Shown here piece after piece: positions 40,114 to 49,512 of a stretch of DNA of 64,000 nucleotides (positions are counted from its first letter, which is position 1; the number at the start of each line of letters is the position of its first letter). The position numbers and the translations under genes were made by a program. The notes under the pieces are model-generated. The model saw only the letters and a list, made by a program, of their open reading frames with translations. It was not told the origin of the DNA and did no database searches. The stretch is from Candidatus Latescibacterota bacterium (lineage in GTDB: Bacteria > Latescibacterota > UBA2968 > GCA-2709665): the NCBI GenBank assembly GCA_965203805.1, contig OZ241917.1:1-64000 (forward strand), given 5' to 3'.

Positions 40114-41259
40114 TTGGCTGCAAATGAGTGGACGACGGTCAATGCTTCGGGAAATCTGCGCGTGGTGGTTACCAAGGAACTTCCTGGCGACCGCTGGCTG
40201 AATATTCTGGAACGGGCGGGATGTCGGGTTGAATACAATACCTCCACCCGGATCCTGCAGGTGGATGAAATCGAAGCGGCAATCGGCGATCGTTGCGACG
40301 GTGTGATCGGACAGCTTACCGAAGATTGGGGGGAACCGCTCTTTTCGGCACTGAAAGCGGCCGGCGGCAAAGCCTACAGCAACTACGCGGTAGGCTATAA
40401 CAACGTGGACGTGGATGCGGCCACGCAGAATGGAATTCCCGTTGGAAACACGCCGGGCGTATTGACGGAAACCACGGCCGAAATGGCGATCGCGCTTACC
40501 TTCTCGGCCGCGCGCCGCGTGGTGGAAGCCGATGAATACATGCGCGGCGGCAGGTACGAAGGATGGTTGCCCACCCTGTTCCTGGGGCAGTTGCTGAACC
40601 GCAAGACCGTCGGAGTGATTGGCGCCGGGCGGATCGGTGCGACCTATGCGCGAATGATGGTCGAAGGGTTCAAGATGAACTTCATCTATTACGATCCCTA
40701 CCCGAATGAGCGCCTCGAAGATTACATACGCGACTACGGCGCGTTCCTTGAGGCTCACGGCGAAGAGCCAGTGAGCGTGACCCGGGCAGACACCGCGGAA
40801 GAGGTGTTGCGCGAGGCCGACGTGGTGAGCCTGCATCCGCTTCTGGATCCGACAACGCACCACCTGATGAACGAGGAACGCCTGAACCAGATGAAGTCCG
40901 ATGCCATTCTGGTAAACGCGAGTCGCGGCCCCGTCATCGACGAAACCGCGCTCGTGGCGCACTGCAGAAAAAATCCGGACTTCAGGGTCGGGCTCGACGT
41001 CTTTGAAGACGAGCCGGAAATGAAGCCCGGATTGAATGAACTGAACAACGTGGTGATCGTTCCCCACATCGCGTCGGCAACGAGTTGGACCCGCGAAGGG
41101 ATGGCGACGCTCGCCGCCAGCAATGTCGCGGGCGTTCTTCGGGGCTTTCCCGCGTGGGCGGACCAGGACGACATCCTGCCGTTTCTGGGCGACGGCGCGC
41201 CCAGCGCGTGTCCGAGTATCGTGAATGCGGAAGAACTCGGACTGCCGGTCGCGGGGTAA
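40114..41259 (+). CDS. D-glycerate dehydrogenase / hydroxypyruvate reductase (plant HPR1-like clade)
   Basis: AVGYNNVD, GVIGAGRIG, NASRGPVID, GLDVFEDEP and PHIASA. SD AGGAGG before the TTG start. Confidence 0.9.
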   Translation: MAANEWTTVNASGNLRVVVTKELPGDRWLNILERAGCRVEYNTSTRILQVDEIEAAIGDRCDGVIGQLTEDWGEPLFSALKAAGGKAYSNYAVGYNNVDVDAATQNGIPVGNTPGVLTETTAEMAIALTFSAARRVVEADEYMRGGRYEGWLPTLFLGQLLNRKTVGVIGAGRIGATYARMMVEGFKMNFIYYDPYPNERLEDYIRDYGAFLEAHGEEPVSVTRADTAEEVLREADVVSLHPLLDPTTHHLMNEERLNQMKSDAILVNASRGPVIDETALVAHCRKNPDFRVGLDVFEDEPEMKPGLNELNNVVIVPHIASATSWTREGMATLAASNVAGVLRGFPAWADQDDILPFLGDGAPSACPSIVNAEELGLPVAG

Positions 41260-41360
41260 TCGAACCCGTCCGGCTGCGGATGACCAGGACCAGAGCGGCG
41301 GGGTTCCACGCGCACAAGGCGTGAAATCCCGCCGTTCGGTTTTTCGTGGCACGGCGCCGT

Positions 41361-42218
41361 TCACTCCGTTATCTTCGCAATTGCGATTCCGTATTCACCG
41401 GCGACGGAGTAGAGAAGATAGGTATCGGCGTCCTCCCGGTAGATCCCCGGATCGCGAAGCTGCCGCACCCGCTCGGGGGACCATCCGCGTCGGGAGGGCT
41501 CGAGGGGAAGGTCGGCGCCTTCGTAGTCGGTTTCGGGTTCGAGGATGACCTCGGCCCCGGACGCCTGCCAATTCATCCAGTCCGGCGTAAGGCCGACCCG
41601 GGAGCGCAGGATCCGTTCGGGGCAGTCGTGTGCGTTTGAATAGAAGACCGAGAGCGTGTCGCCATCCAGTTTCAGGGCCGTGTGGCGCTGGTCTTCGGAG
41701 AACAATACCGGCCCCTCCTCGAAATCCGTGAGGCCGTCCGACGACCGATAGAAGATCCCCGGCATACCCAGCGCATACGTCGCACCGCGCCAACGGAAGA
41801 CCCGGAAATAGGAATTGCCGAGGTTTTCCGGATATGCTGTGAAGTGAATCCCGTCAGCCGACAGCGCGATTTTGGACTGTTGGCCGTGGCCCGGCACCGG
41901 GCCGTGGTAGTACATCCTGAATTCGCGATTCCTGTCGTCCACGTGGACGTCCGGGGAGGCGAGGTGTCCGGTGGTGTAGGCGTCTTTCAGATCCAGCACC
42001 CCGGGTTCGTAGGTGGTCCACGGACCGGAGAGCCGGTCCGAAAAGGCAAGGCGGATATACTCGCCGCGATGGTGACCGAAATAGAGATAGTACCTGCCGA
42101 GGGGGTCCGGGAGCCATTCGGGAACCCGGACGAGGGATGGACCGTTGACGTTGTCGCCCATCCGGGCGTCCATATGCGGACGGATAATGGGGTTGTCCGG
42201 CAGTCTTTCGATGCGCAT
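41361..42218 (-). CDS. Hypothetical protein, probable five-bladed beta-propeller (GH43/32/130-like fold)
   Basis: NPII, NGPS, YYLYFGHH, ASPDV, LRDP and YLLYSVAGE repeats. Confidence 0.7.
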   Translation of the reverse strand: MRIERLPDNPIIRPHMDARMGDNVNGPSLVRVPEWLPDPLGRYYLYFGHHRGEYIRLAFSDRLSGPWTTYEPGVLDLKDAYTTGHLASPDVHVDDRNREFRMYYHGPVPGHGQQSKIALSADGIHFTAYPENLGNSYFRVFRWRGATYALGMPGIFYRSSDGLTDFEEGPVLFSEDQRHTALKLDGDTLSVFYSNAHDCPERILRSRVGLTPDWMNWQASGAEVILEPETDYEGADLPLEPSRRGWSPERVRQLRDPGIYREDADTYLLYSVAGEYGIAIAKITE

Positions 42219-42307
42219 TGACGGGTCCTCCTTCAGGCCGGCTGCAGATTGACGCAGGCCGCGCCGCCACCGGCCGTACGGTCTTTCACCTGAGCTGGGG
42301 CCTGACG

Positions 42308-43291
42308 TTGGCGGAAAAGACGTTCAACAGACGCCTGTCGGTCGCACCGATGATGGACTGGACGGACAGGCACGAACGGTATTTCCTGAGGTTGTTCTCG
42401 CGGCGCATCCTGCTCTACTCCGAGATGATCAGCACCGATGCCGTCCTCCGGGGCCGACGCGAGCAGCTTCTGAAACACCATCGCCGCGAGCATCCGGTGG
42501 CGCTTCAGCTGGGAGGCTGCGATCCGGCGGCGCTGGCGCGCTGTGCGCGGATCGGACAGGACTTCGATTACGACGAGATCAATCTCAACGTGGGCTGCCC
42601 GAGCGACCGCGTGCGGGCAGGCCGGTTCGGCGCATGCCTCATGGCGGAGCCCGACCTGGTCGCCCGTTGCGTGGCGGCCATGCGCGAATCGGTTGAAGTC
42701 CCGGTCACCGTGAAGACGAGGATCGGAATCGACAACCGGGATTCGTATGCGAACCTCGCGCATTTCGTACGCACGGTTTCCGGCGCCGGATGCCGCGTGT
42801 TCGTCATCCACGCCAGAAAGGCGTGGCTGCATGGATTGAGTCCGAAGCAGAACCGCGAGATCCCGCCGCTGCGATACGACGTGGTATATCGTCTGAAACA
42901 GGACTTCCCGGACCTGGAGGTCGTCCTGAACGGAGGGATCACAACCCGCGAACAGGTACGGGAACACCTCGAAACCGTGGATGGCGTCATGATCGGTCGC
43001 GAGGCCTACCAGAATCCCTACTTTCTGGCGTCGATGGACCAGATGTTCTACGGCGATCCGCGCCCCGTGGCCGGGCGGGGGGAGATCCTGGATCGATTCT
43101 GTGAATACGTCGACGATCAGCTGCGCCTGGGGATGCCGCTGGTTGGCATGACGCGGCACATCCAGGGCCTCTTTCAGGGGTTGCCGGGCGCCCGCGCCTG
43201 GCGCCGGCACCTGAGCGAGAACGCGCACAGGCCCGGATCGGGCGTCGAGGTGATCCGGCAGGCCGCCACGTTCGTCCTCGGGCCGTCGTGA
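42308..43291 (+). CDS. dusA: tRNA dihydrouridine(20/20a) synthase
   Basis: SVAPMMDWTDRH, INLNVGCPSDRV, HARKAWL.GLSPKQNR and GVMIGREAY. Confidence 0.93.
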   Translation: MAEKTFNRRLSVAPMMDWTDRHERYFLRLFSRRILLYSEMISTDAVLRGRREQLLKHHRREHPVALQLGGCDPAALARCARIGQDFDYDEINLNVGCPSDRVRAGRFGACLMAEPDLVARCVAAMRESVEVPVTVKTRIGIDNRDSYANLAHFVRTVSGAGCRVFVIHARKAWLHGLSPKQNREIPPLRYDVVYRLKQDFPDLEVVLNGGITTREQVREHLETVDGVMIGREAYQNPYFLASMDQMFYGDPRPVAGRGEILDRFCEYVDDQLRLGMPLVGMTRHIQGLFQGLPGARAWRRHLSENAHRPGSGVEVIRQAATFVLGPS

Positions 43292-43332
43292 TCCTCCAGG
43301 GGACTATAGAGGAACCCTTCACGCCCGGTTGC

Positions 43333-44118
43333 TCACGTCTGTGACGCCTGCCGGCAGGCTGCAAGCAGTTCGCTGTGGGATGTGGTGTATCCTATATTGA
43401 CCTCCGTGTCGATGACGGCGGCCCGGGACAGGTCCAGGTTTTCAGACGTGTCCGCGACTTCGATGGCGGTGGTGCAGTCCCTGATGAGGATGATGTCGTA
43501 TCCGCGGTCTTTCATGGCCCTCATGCCGTAGTCCCTGAAGGGGACGCACATGTTGGCGGCGAAGCCGGCGTAGAAAAGGTGCAGGATCCCCCGGTGTTTC
43601 AGAACTCGGTGCAACTGGGCGCCGGTGACGATTACGTCGTCGCCGTGGCGAGGTTCGGCTTCGGGAATGATGCGGCGGTTCTTTATGGTGTCTTCGAACA
43701 CCTGATCGTGCGGATCCTTGGGCTGCGCCCACGCTTCGTAGTCGCCCGTTCTCGACCGGAATTCCGCGGGCGGCCAGTCGTCGGAGGCCGGCCCCGGTCG
43801 TCCGAAGACTTCGTCATCGCCCGCAAAGCGGGTCCACGCCTCATAGCGTTTGGCGCAGTCGGGGCTGGGCGCGTGGATCACCGCGGCGCCGACCGATCGG
43901 AAGGCCTCCGCAACCGGGACGATGCGTTCAAGGGTGATGTCTCTCCCGCGCCGCAGGTGCGTGCTCACGAAGTGGTCGCTCCACACGTCCACAAGCACCA
44001 GTGCGATCCGGTCCGCCGGATAGTCTCGCTGCAGGGTGCGGAGATGGAATTCGTCTTCGGTGACTTTAGCTCGCCGGGTGAGGTGATAGTACCGGACGTC
44101 CAGCCGGAGGTTCTTCAT
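43333..44118 (-). CDS. Isochorismatase/cysteine hydrolase family protein
   Basis: ALVLVDVW, GFAANMCV (catalytic Cys) and LIRDCT. Confidence 0.75.
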   Translation of the reverse strand: MKNLRLDVRYYHLTRRAKVTEDEFHLRTLQRDYPADRIALVLVDVWSDHFVSTHLRRGRDITLERIVPVAEAFRSVGAAVIHAPSPDCAKRYEAWTRFAGDDEVFGRPGPASDDWPPAEFRSRTGDYEAWAQPKDPHDQVFEDTIKNRRIIPEAEPRHGDDVIVTGAQLHRVLKHRGILHLFYAGFAANMCVPFRDYGMRAMKDRGYDIILIRDCTTAIEVADTSENLDLSRAAVIDTEVNIGYTTSHSELLAACRQASQT

Positions 44119-44300
44119 TGCGGACCTTTCGTTTCGGGGCGGTGATTTCGAACCGTCTTTCCTCACGTAATATGGCGAGGATTGAACACCGGTGTCAAGG
44201 ATAACCCGTCGTTCATGGGGATTCGGCGGTACCGATCGGGCGTAACCCCGCGGCAGAGGTTTCCATTACGTCAACCCTAACGAGGAAGGCGGCTCTGGGG

Positions 44301-45671
44301 ATGAAGAGAGAACACATCTGGGCGCATCATGAGTGGGACGCAACGATCAACTGGAAGTTGATGGAAGGCGGATATGCCGACCTGCAGAGCGTGAGGGCGG
44401 GGGAGGAAATCACGTTTCACATTTCGAACTCACGGTCGTACTACGAGATCTTCATCTTCCGGGAAGGCGCCAAAAGGGAACTGGTCAAGACTATAGAGGG
44501 GCTGCGGGGGGCGCTTCAGGAGGTACCGGAGCTGGGCTACCGGGATGGGTACGGGTGGGCGCCGGCGGCGTCCTTCGTCATTCCGGAAACCTGGAAGAGC
44601 GGAATCTATATTGCAACCTTCCCGACCGGACAGGGGCTGCGCGAGATTTTCTTCGTGGTACGCCCCAGGTCGCCGGAATCTCCAATGTTGCTGACGGTTG
44701 CGACCAATACCTACCAGGCCTACAACAATGTGGGCGGCAAGTGCTTTTACGACTATATATCCACCGACCGGCAGCACGCCAAATTGCTGAGTTTCGAACG
44801 CCCCCTTCAGATGGAGTGCCTGGGCAACTTCTACATCTGGGACCAGTTTTTCACCTCGTGGCTGGATGCGGAGGGGTACGGCGTCGATTATTGTGTGAAC
44901 GGCGACCACGACGCGGAACCCGATATTCTGAACGACTACCGGGCAAACGTACGTTTCTGCCACGACGAATACAACAGCAGAAACGAGTGCGAACAGTTAC
45001 AGCGTTTCGTTCGGAATGGAGGCAATCTCATCCTGTTCGGCGGGAACTGTTTCTGCCAGGAAATCGAGTTGAGAAACCACGGCAGGCAGATTTATTGCGC
45101 AAAGCCCTACTATCACGATCATCCCACGCCCGAGCGTCCGGAAACGTCGTTTCTCTGCTTTCTGGACGACCTTCGCCAGCGCACGATCGGCGTGTTCTAC
45201 ACGTCGTTTGTCCACACGAAGACAACCGATCCGAACGTTTTCCTGGCTCCCACGACCGAGGACTGGGGGTACTACCGCGTGTGCGACCCGGAACACTGGG
45301 TGTATGAGGGAACAGGGTTGGCCGAGGGGGACGAATTCGGACGGGAGGACTCGATCGTCGGCGTGGAGGCGGACGCGGCGGACCTGAAATTCATTGACGG
45401 CCGGCCCGTGTACACGGGTGCGGACGGGGTATCGCCGGAGTACAGGATCGTGGCGCTTGCGGATTGCATGACCCCCGACGGTCACCGTCTGGCGAAGGAA
45501 GGGGGGAAAGAGGGCGTTGCGCCGTGCTACGGCACGGTGGCCATCAATGAAACGGAGTTCGAGGGTACGATTTTCAACGCCGCCACCATCGAATGGGCTC
45601 ATGGGTTGTACCGCGACGAAAGCGTGGTGGCCGTGATTACCCGCAACGTTCTGGACAGGTTGGCGACGTAA
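44301..45671 (+). CDS. N,N-dimethylformamidase beta-subunit C-terminal-like protein (DUF6605)
   Basis: WKSGIY, TNTYQAYNNVGGK.FY, SFERP, HDEY, GGNL..FGGN, HWVYEGTG and GVEAD. Confidence 0.75.
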   Translation: MKREHIWAHHEWDATINWKLMEGGYADLQSVRAGEEITFHISNSRSYYEIFIFREGAKRELVKTIEGLRGALQEVPELGYRDGYGWAPAASFVIPETWKSGIYIATFPTGQGLREIFFVVRPRSPESPMLLTVATNTYQAYNNVGGKCFYDYISTDRQHAKLLSFERPLQMECLGNFYIWDQFFTSWLDAEGYGVDYCVNGDHDAEPDILNDYRANVRFCHDEYNSRNECEQLQRFVRNGGNLILFGGNCFCQEIELRNHGRQIYCAKPYYHDHPTPERPETSFLCFLDDLRQRTIGVFYTSFVHTKTTDPNVFLAPTTEDWGYYRVCDPEHWVYEGTGLAEGDEFGREDSIVGVEADAADLKFIDGRPVYTGADGVSPEYRIVALADCMTPDGHRLAKEGGKEGVAPCYGTVAINETEFEGTIFNAATIEWAHGLYRDESVVAVITRNVLDRLAT

Positions 45672-45731
45672 CGGGGACCGATCCGGTTTCTCACGGCAAC
45701 ACATGGAAACGCTTCGAACGGGGTACAGCCA

Positions 45732-47399
45732 ATGTCTGATGCGGGTGTGCGAATTCAACTGGACCTGAGCATCCCGATGAGAGACGGGGTGACGCTCTAC
45801 GGCGCGGCATATCGGCCCGCGCACGGCGAGTGCTTTCCCGTTCTGCTGATCCGGTCGCCCTACAGTACCGAGCATCCCAGATACGTGGACTGGGCGGTCC
45901 GGTTCGCGAGGTCCGGCTACGCGGTGATCATGGTGGACAGCAGGGGGCGGTACGAATCGGAAGGGGAGTGGCGGGCCTATGCGGACGAAGCTCGCGACGG
46001 CTACGACACGCAACAATGGATCGGGGCGCAGGCATGGTGCGACGGCAATATCGGGATGTTCGGGATTTCCTATCCGGGCTTCACCCAGATTCTGCCGGCC
46101 CCGTTCCGGAGCCCCTTCGTAAAGGGGCTGATGCCCATCGCAAACCAGGAGGACAACTACGGTCACCTGCGCTACAATGGTCTCCTTCAGCTGCAGAATG
46201 CGATGAACTGGATCTGGCTCGGAGGACGGACCAACCAGAACGCGCCGCGGGAACTGCTGGACTGGGAACGCATCTACCGCCGGCTGCCGCTGATCTCGGC
46301 AATGGACGGCATCGCGGAACGGCCTTTTTTCAGAGAGGTGGTCCGGCACGGCGAATTCGACGAATTCTGGTCGTCAACCAGCATGAAAGGCCGGTACCGG
46401 GAAGTGAACGCGCCGGCCTATTTCGTCACGGGATGGTACGACAATCTCGTTCACGAGGGCTTCAAGTGTTTTCGCGGCTGGCGTACGGAGCCGGCAGACG
46501 CCCGGACCCGAACGTTGACCCGCCTGTTGGTCGGGCCGTGGACGCATTCGCAGATCGGGAGCGCGGAGCCGTACGGGGATATCGATTTCGGATCGAATGC
46601 CGCGGTGGATATTCCCGGCGAACACCTGCGCTGGTACGACCGGCGGCTGCGCGGAATCGATACGGGGATCGACGAGGAGCCGCCCGTCAGGATCTTCGTG
46701 ATGGGCCGGAATTCCTGGCGGTGGGAAAACGAGTGGCCGCTGGCGCGAACGCAATACACGGCGTACTATCTCCACAGCGGCGGCCGCGCCAATACTTCGT
46801 TCGGCGATGGAACGCTCAGCCGTGAAGCGCCGGGGGACGAGCCCGCGGACCGGTTCGACTACGATCCGGAGGATCCGGTGACCACAGTGGGCGGGCAGAG
46901 CTTGTTCCCCGCCAACACGGGTCCCCGGGACCGGCGGGGCTTGGAAACCCGCGAGGACGTGCTGGTATACACAACGGAAGCCCTGACGTCGGACGTGGAG
47001 GTGACCGGCCCCGTGGAACTCACCCTGTTCGCCGCATCGGATGCGCGCGATACGGACTTTACGGCCACCCTGGTCGACGTGTATCCCGATGGCGCGGCGA
47101 TCCACGTTACGGAGGGCATCGTGCGGGCCCGTTACCGAGAATCCTTTCGCAGGCCGAGTCCGATCCGTCCGGGGGCGGTGGTGGAATACCGGATCGTACT
47201 CTGGGAGACGAGTAATCTGTTCAGGGCCGGCCATCGGATCAGGCTGGAAGTCTCCAGCAGCAACTTTCCCCGTTTCGACCGGAATCTCAACACCGGCAAT
47301 ACCCCCGGCCTGGACGACGAAATGAGAGTCGCCCGTCAGACGATCCATCACAGCGGCCAATATGCCTCTTTTCTGCGTCTCCCGGTCATTCCCCAATGA
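45732..47399 (+). CDS. CocE/NonD family serine hydrolase
   Basis: MRDGVTL, RSPY, DSRGRYESEG, GISYPG nucleophile, GWYD, GPWTH and SSSNFPRFDRN. Confidence 0.92.
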   Translation: MSDAGVRIQLDLSIPMRDGVTLYGAAYRPAHGECFPVLLIRSPYSTEHPRYVDWAVRFARSGYAVIMVDSRGRYESEGEWRAYADEARDGYDTQQWIGAQAWCDGNIGMFGISYPGFTQILPAPFRSPFVKGLMPIANQEDNYGHLRYNGLLQLQNAMNWIWLGGRTNQNAPRELLDWERIYRRLPLISAMDGIAERPFFREVVRHGEFDEFWSSTSMKGRYREVNAPAYFVTGWYDNLVHEGFKCFRGWRTEPADARTRTLTRLLVGPWTHSQIGSAEPYGDIDFGSNAAVDIPGEHLRWYDRRLRGIDTGIDEEPPVRIFVMGRNSWRWENEWPLARTQYTAYYLHSGGRANTSFGDGTLSREAPGDEPADRFDYDPEDPVTTVGGQSLFPANTGPRDRRGLETREDVLVYTTEALTSDVEVTGPVELTLFAASDARDTDFTATLVDVYPDGAAIHVTEGIVRARYRESFRRPSPIRPGAVVEYRIVLWETSNLFRAGHRIRLEVSSSNFPRFDRNLNTGNTPGLDDEMRVARQTIHHSGQYASFLRLPVIPQ

Positions 47400-49495
47400 A
47401 TCGGACTTCATATCGAATCGGCGCCGACGTTGGCGGAACCTTCACGGATGTCATCCTCATGGACGGCGAGGGGAATATACGGACCCACAAGATCCCCTCG
47501 ACGCCGCCGGACTTCGAGCAGGCCGTGCTGGACGCCATCGCCCGCCTGCTGGGAGATTCCGGCATCCCGGGCGGAGAGATCGGTGATGTCTCCCACGGGA
47601 CCACCGTGGCGACGAATGCGGTCCTGGAGCGGCGGGGAGCCAGGACCGCGCTGATTACCACGCGCGGATTCCGGGACGTTCTGGAACTGAGGCGCATCAG
47701 GGCGCCGCAGATGTACGATCTGTTCTTCGACAAGCCTGAACCGCTGGTGGAACGGTATCTGAGATTCGAGGTGTCGGAGCGCTTTGCCGCGAATGGTGAC
47801 GTTCTGGCGCCCCTGGACGAGGCGGACCTCAAGGCGGTCATCTCAGCGCTGGAGAAGGAACGGGTGGAGTCGATTGCGGTCTGCACGCTTCACTCGTACG
47901 CGTATCCCGAGCATGAACACGCCATTGGCCGGTGTCTCGAAGGCGCGTGTCCCGGTGTACCGGTGTCTCTCTCGACGGAGATTCTGCCGGAGCGGCGGGA
48001 GTACGAACGTTCGGCAACCACGGTGCTGAACGCGTACGTCCGTCCGGTGATGCAGCGTTATCTCACGGCGATGCGGGTTGGGTTGAGTGAGCAGGGCATT
48101 CAGTCGCCGGTGCTGATCATGCAGTCTGCCGGGGGCCTGACGCCCGAGGCAGACGCGGCGCGTCGACCGGTTTACGTTCTCGAGTCGGGACCGGCGGCCG
48201 GGGTCTTCGCCGCCCGATCCGCCGGAGAGCAACTGGGTATCGGCGATCTCATCACGTTCGACATGGGGGGCACTACGGCCAAGGCGTCCATCGTGGAAGA
48301 AGGCGAAATCTCCTACAGCCCGGAATACGAGGTCGGCGCATCCGTATCGGCCGGAAACCGGCTGGTGGGCGGAGGCGGGGAACTGATCCGCGCGCCCAGC
48401 ATCGATATCGCGGAGGTGGGATCGGGCGGCGGCAGCGTGGCCTGGCTGGACGGTGCCGGCGGGTTGCGGGTGGGGCCAAGAAGCGCGGGTGCGGTTCCGG
48501 GCCCCGCATGTTACGGCCGCGGTGGAACGGAGCCCACCGTAACCGACGCGAATGCGGTGCTCGGATATATCCGGCCGGGCGAACTGGCCGACGGGGGGGT
48601 ATCCGTAGACCCTGAGGCCGCGAGAAGGATCGTCCACGACCGGATCGCGGGTCCGCTGGGCATGGACCTGCTCGAAGCGGCCGAGGGCATACACCGCATT
48701 GCCAATGCCCGGTGTATGCGAGCGCTTCGGTCCGTGTCCACCGAGCGGGGCCGCGATCCAAGGGCGTTCTCTCTGATCGCCTTCGGCGGGTCCGGTCCGA
48801 TTCATGCGGCCGGGCTGGCCAAAGAGCTCCTCAGCCCCAGGGTGATCGTACCTCCGCTGCCGGGGTTGTTCAGCGCGCTGGGACTGCTGTTTTCCGGCGT
48901 TGAACACCATGAAATATCCAGTTGTCTGCTCTCCGGCGACGGACTGAGCGCCGGGGCGCTCGGCGGCATCCAGACGGACCTGAAACAGAAGATGCTGGCC
49001 AGGTTCAGGGCAGAGGGATATTCCGCCGAACAGGTGGCGATGTACGACAGTGTCGACGTGCGTTACAGAGGCCAGGCGTCCGAAATCCGGATTCCGCTGC
49101 CGGAATCACCGGCGACGGACGCCGCGATAAAGCATCTGCACGAAGCGTTTGAACGCGCCCATCGGCAGATGTACGGGCATTCGTCGGACCCGGACAATCC
49201 GGTCGAGGTGGTTGCCGTTCGCCTGATCGGCAGAACGGCCCGCCGCGACGCGAGCGGCCGAATGCGCGCCACGCGGCCCGTCGGGCGCAAGGTGTCCGTG
49301 CGTCGGGCATATTTCGGAAAGGCCTGGGGAACGGTGGAAACGCCCGTAATCGACCGCGCGGAGCTTGTCCGGCCTCAGGACGGGCCCCTCCTGATCGATG
49401 AATACGACTCCACGATCGTCGTACCGCCGGACCAGCGGGTGTATCGCGACCGGCAGGACTACGTGATTCTGGAGGACGTCGGGGCGCGTGGATAA
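47396..49495 (+). CDS. Hydantoinase A / 5-oxoprolinase family ATP-dependent subunit
   Basis: DVGGTFTD, HGTTVATNAVLER, ESGPAAG, DMGGTT, GPRSAGAVPGP and FGGSG. Confidence 0.92.
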   Translation: MNRTSYRIGADVGGTFTDVILMDGEGNIRTHKIPSTPPDFEQAVLDAIARLLGDSGIPGGEIGDVSHGTTVATNAVLERRGARTALITTRGFRDVLELRRIRAPQMYDLFFDKPEPLVERYLRFEVSERFAANGDVLAPLDEADLKAVISALEKERVESIAVCTLHSYAYPEHEHAIGRCLEGACPGVPVSLSTEILPERREYERSATTVLNAYVRPVMQRYLTAMRVGLSEQGIQSPVLIMQSAGGLTPEADAARRPVYVLESGPAAGVFAARSAGEQLGIGDLITFDMGGTTAKASIVEEGEISYSPEYEVGASVSAGNRLVGGGGELIRAPSIDIAEVGSGGGSVAWLDGAGGLRVGPRSAGAVPGPACYGRGGTEPTVTDANAVLGYIRPGELADGGVSVDPEAARRIVHDRIAGPLGMDLLEAAEGIHRIANARCMRALRSVSTERGRDPRAFSLIAFGGSGPIHAAGLAKELLSPRVIVPPLPGLFSALGLLFSGVEHHEISSCLLSGDGLSAGALGGIQTDLKQKMLARFRAEGYSAEQVAMYDSVDVRYRGQASEIRIPLPESPATDAAIKHLHEAFERAHRQMYGHSSDPDNPVEVVAVRLIGRTARRDASGRMRATRPVGRKVSVRRAYFGKAWGTVETPVIDRAELVRPQDGPLLIDEYDSTIVVPPDQRVYRDRQDYVILEDVGARG

Positions 49496-49512
49496 CCGGC
49501 GGCGGCATATGG

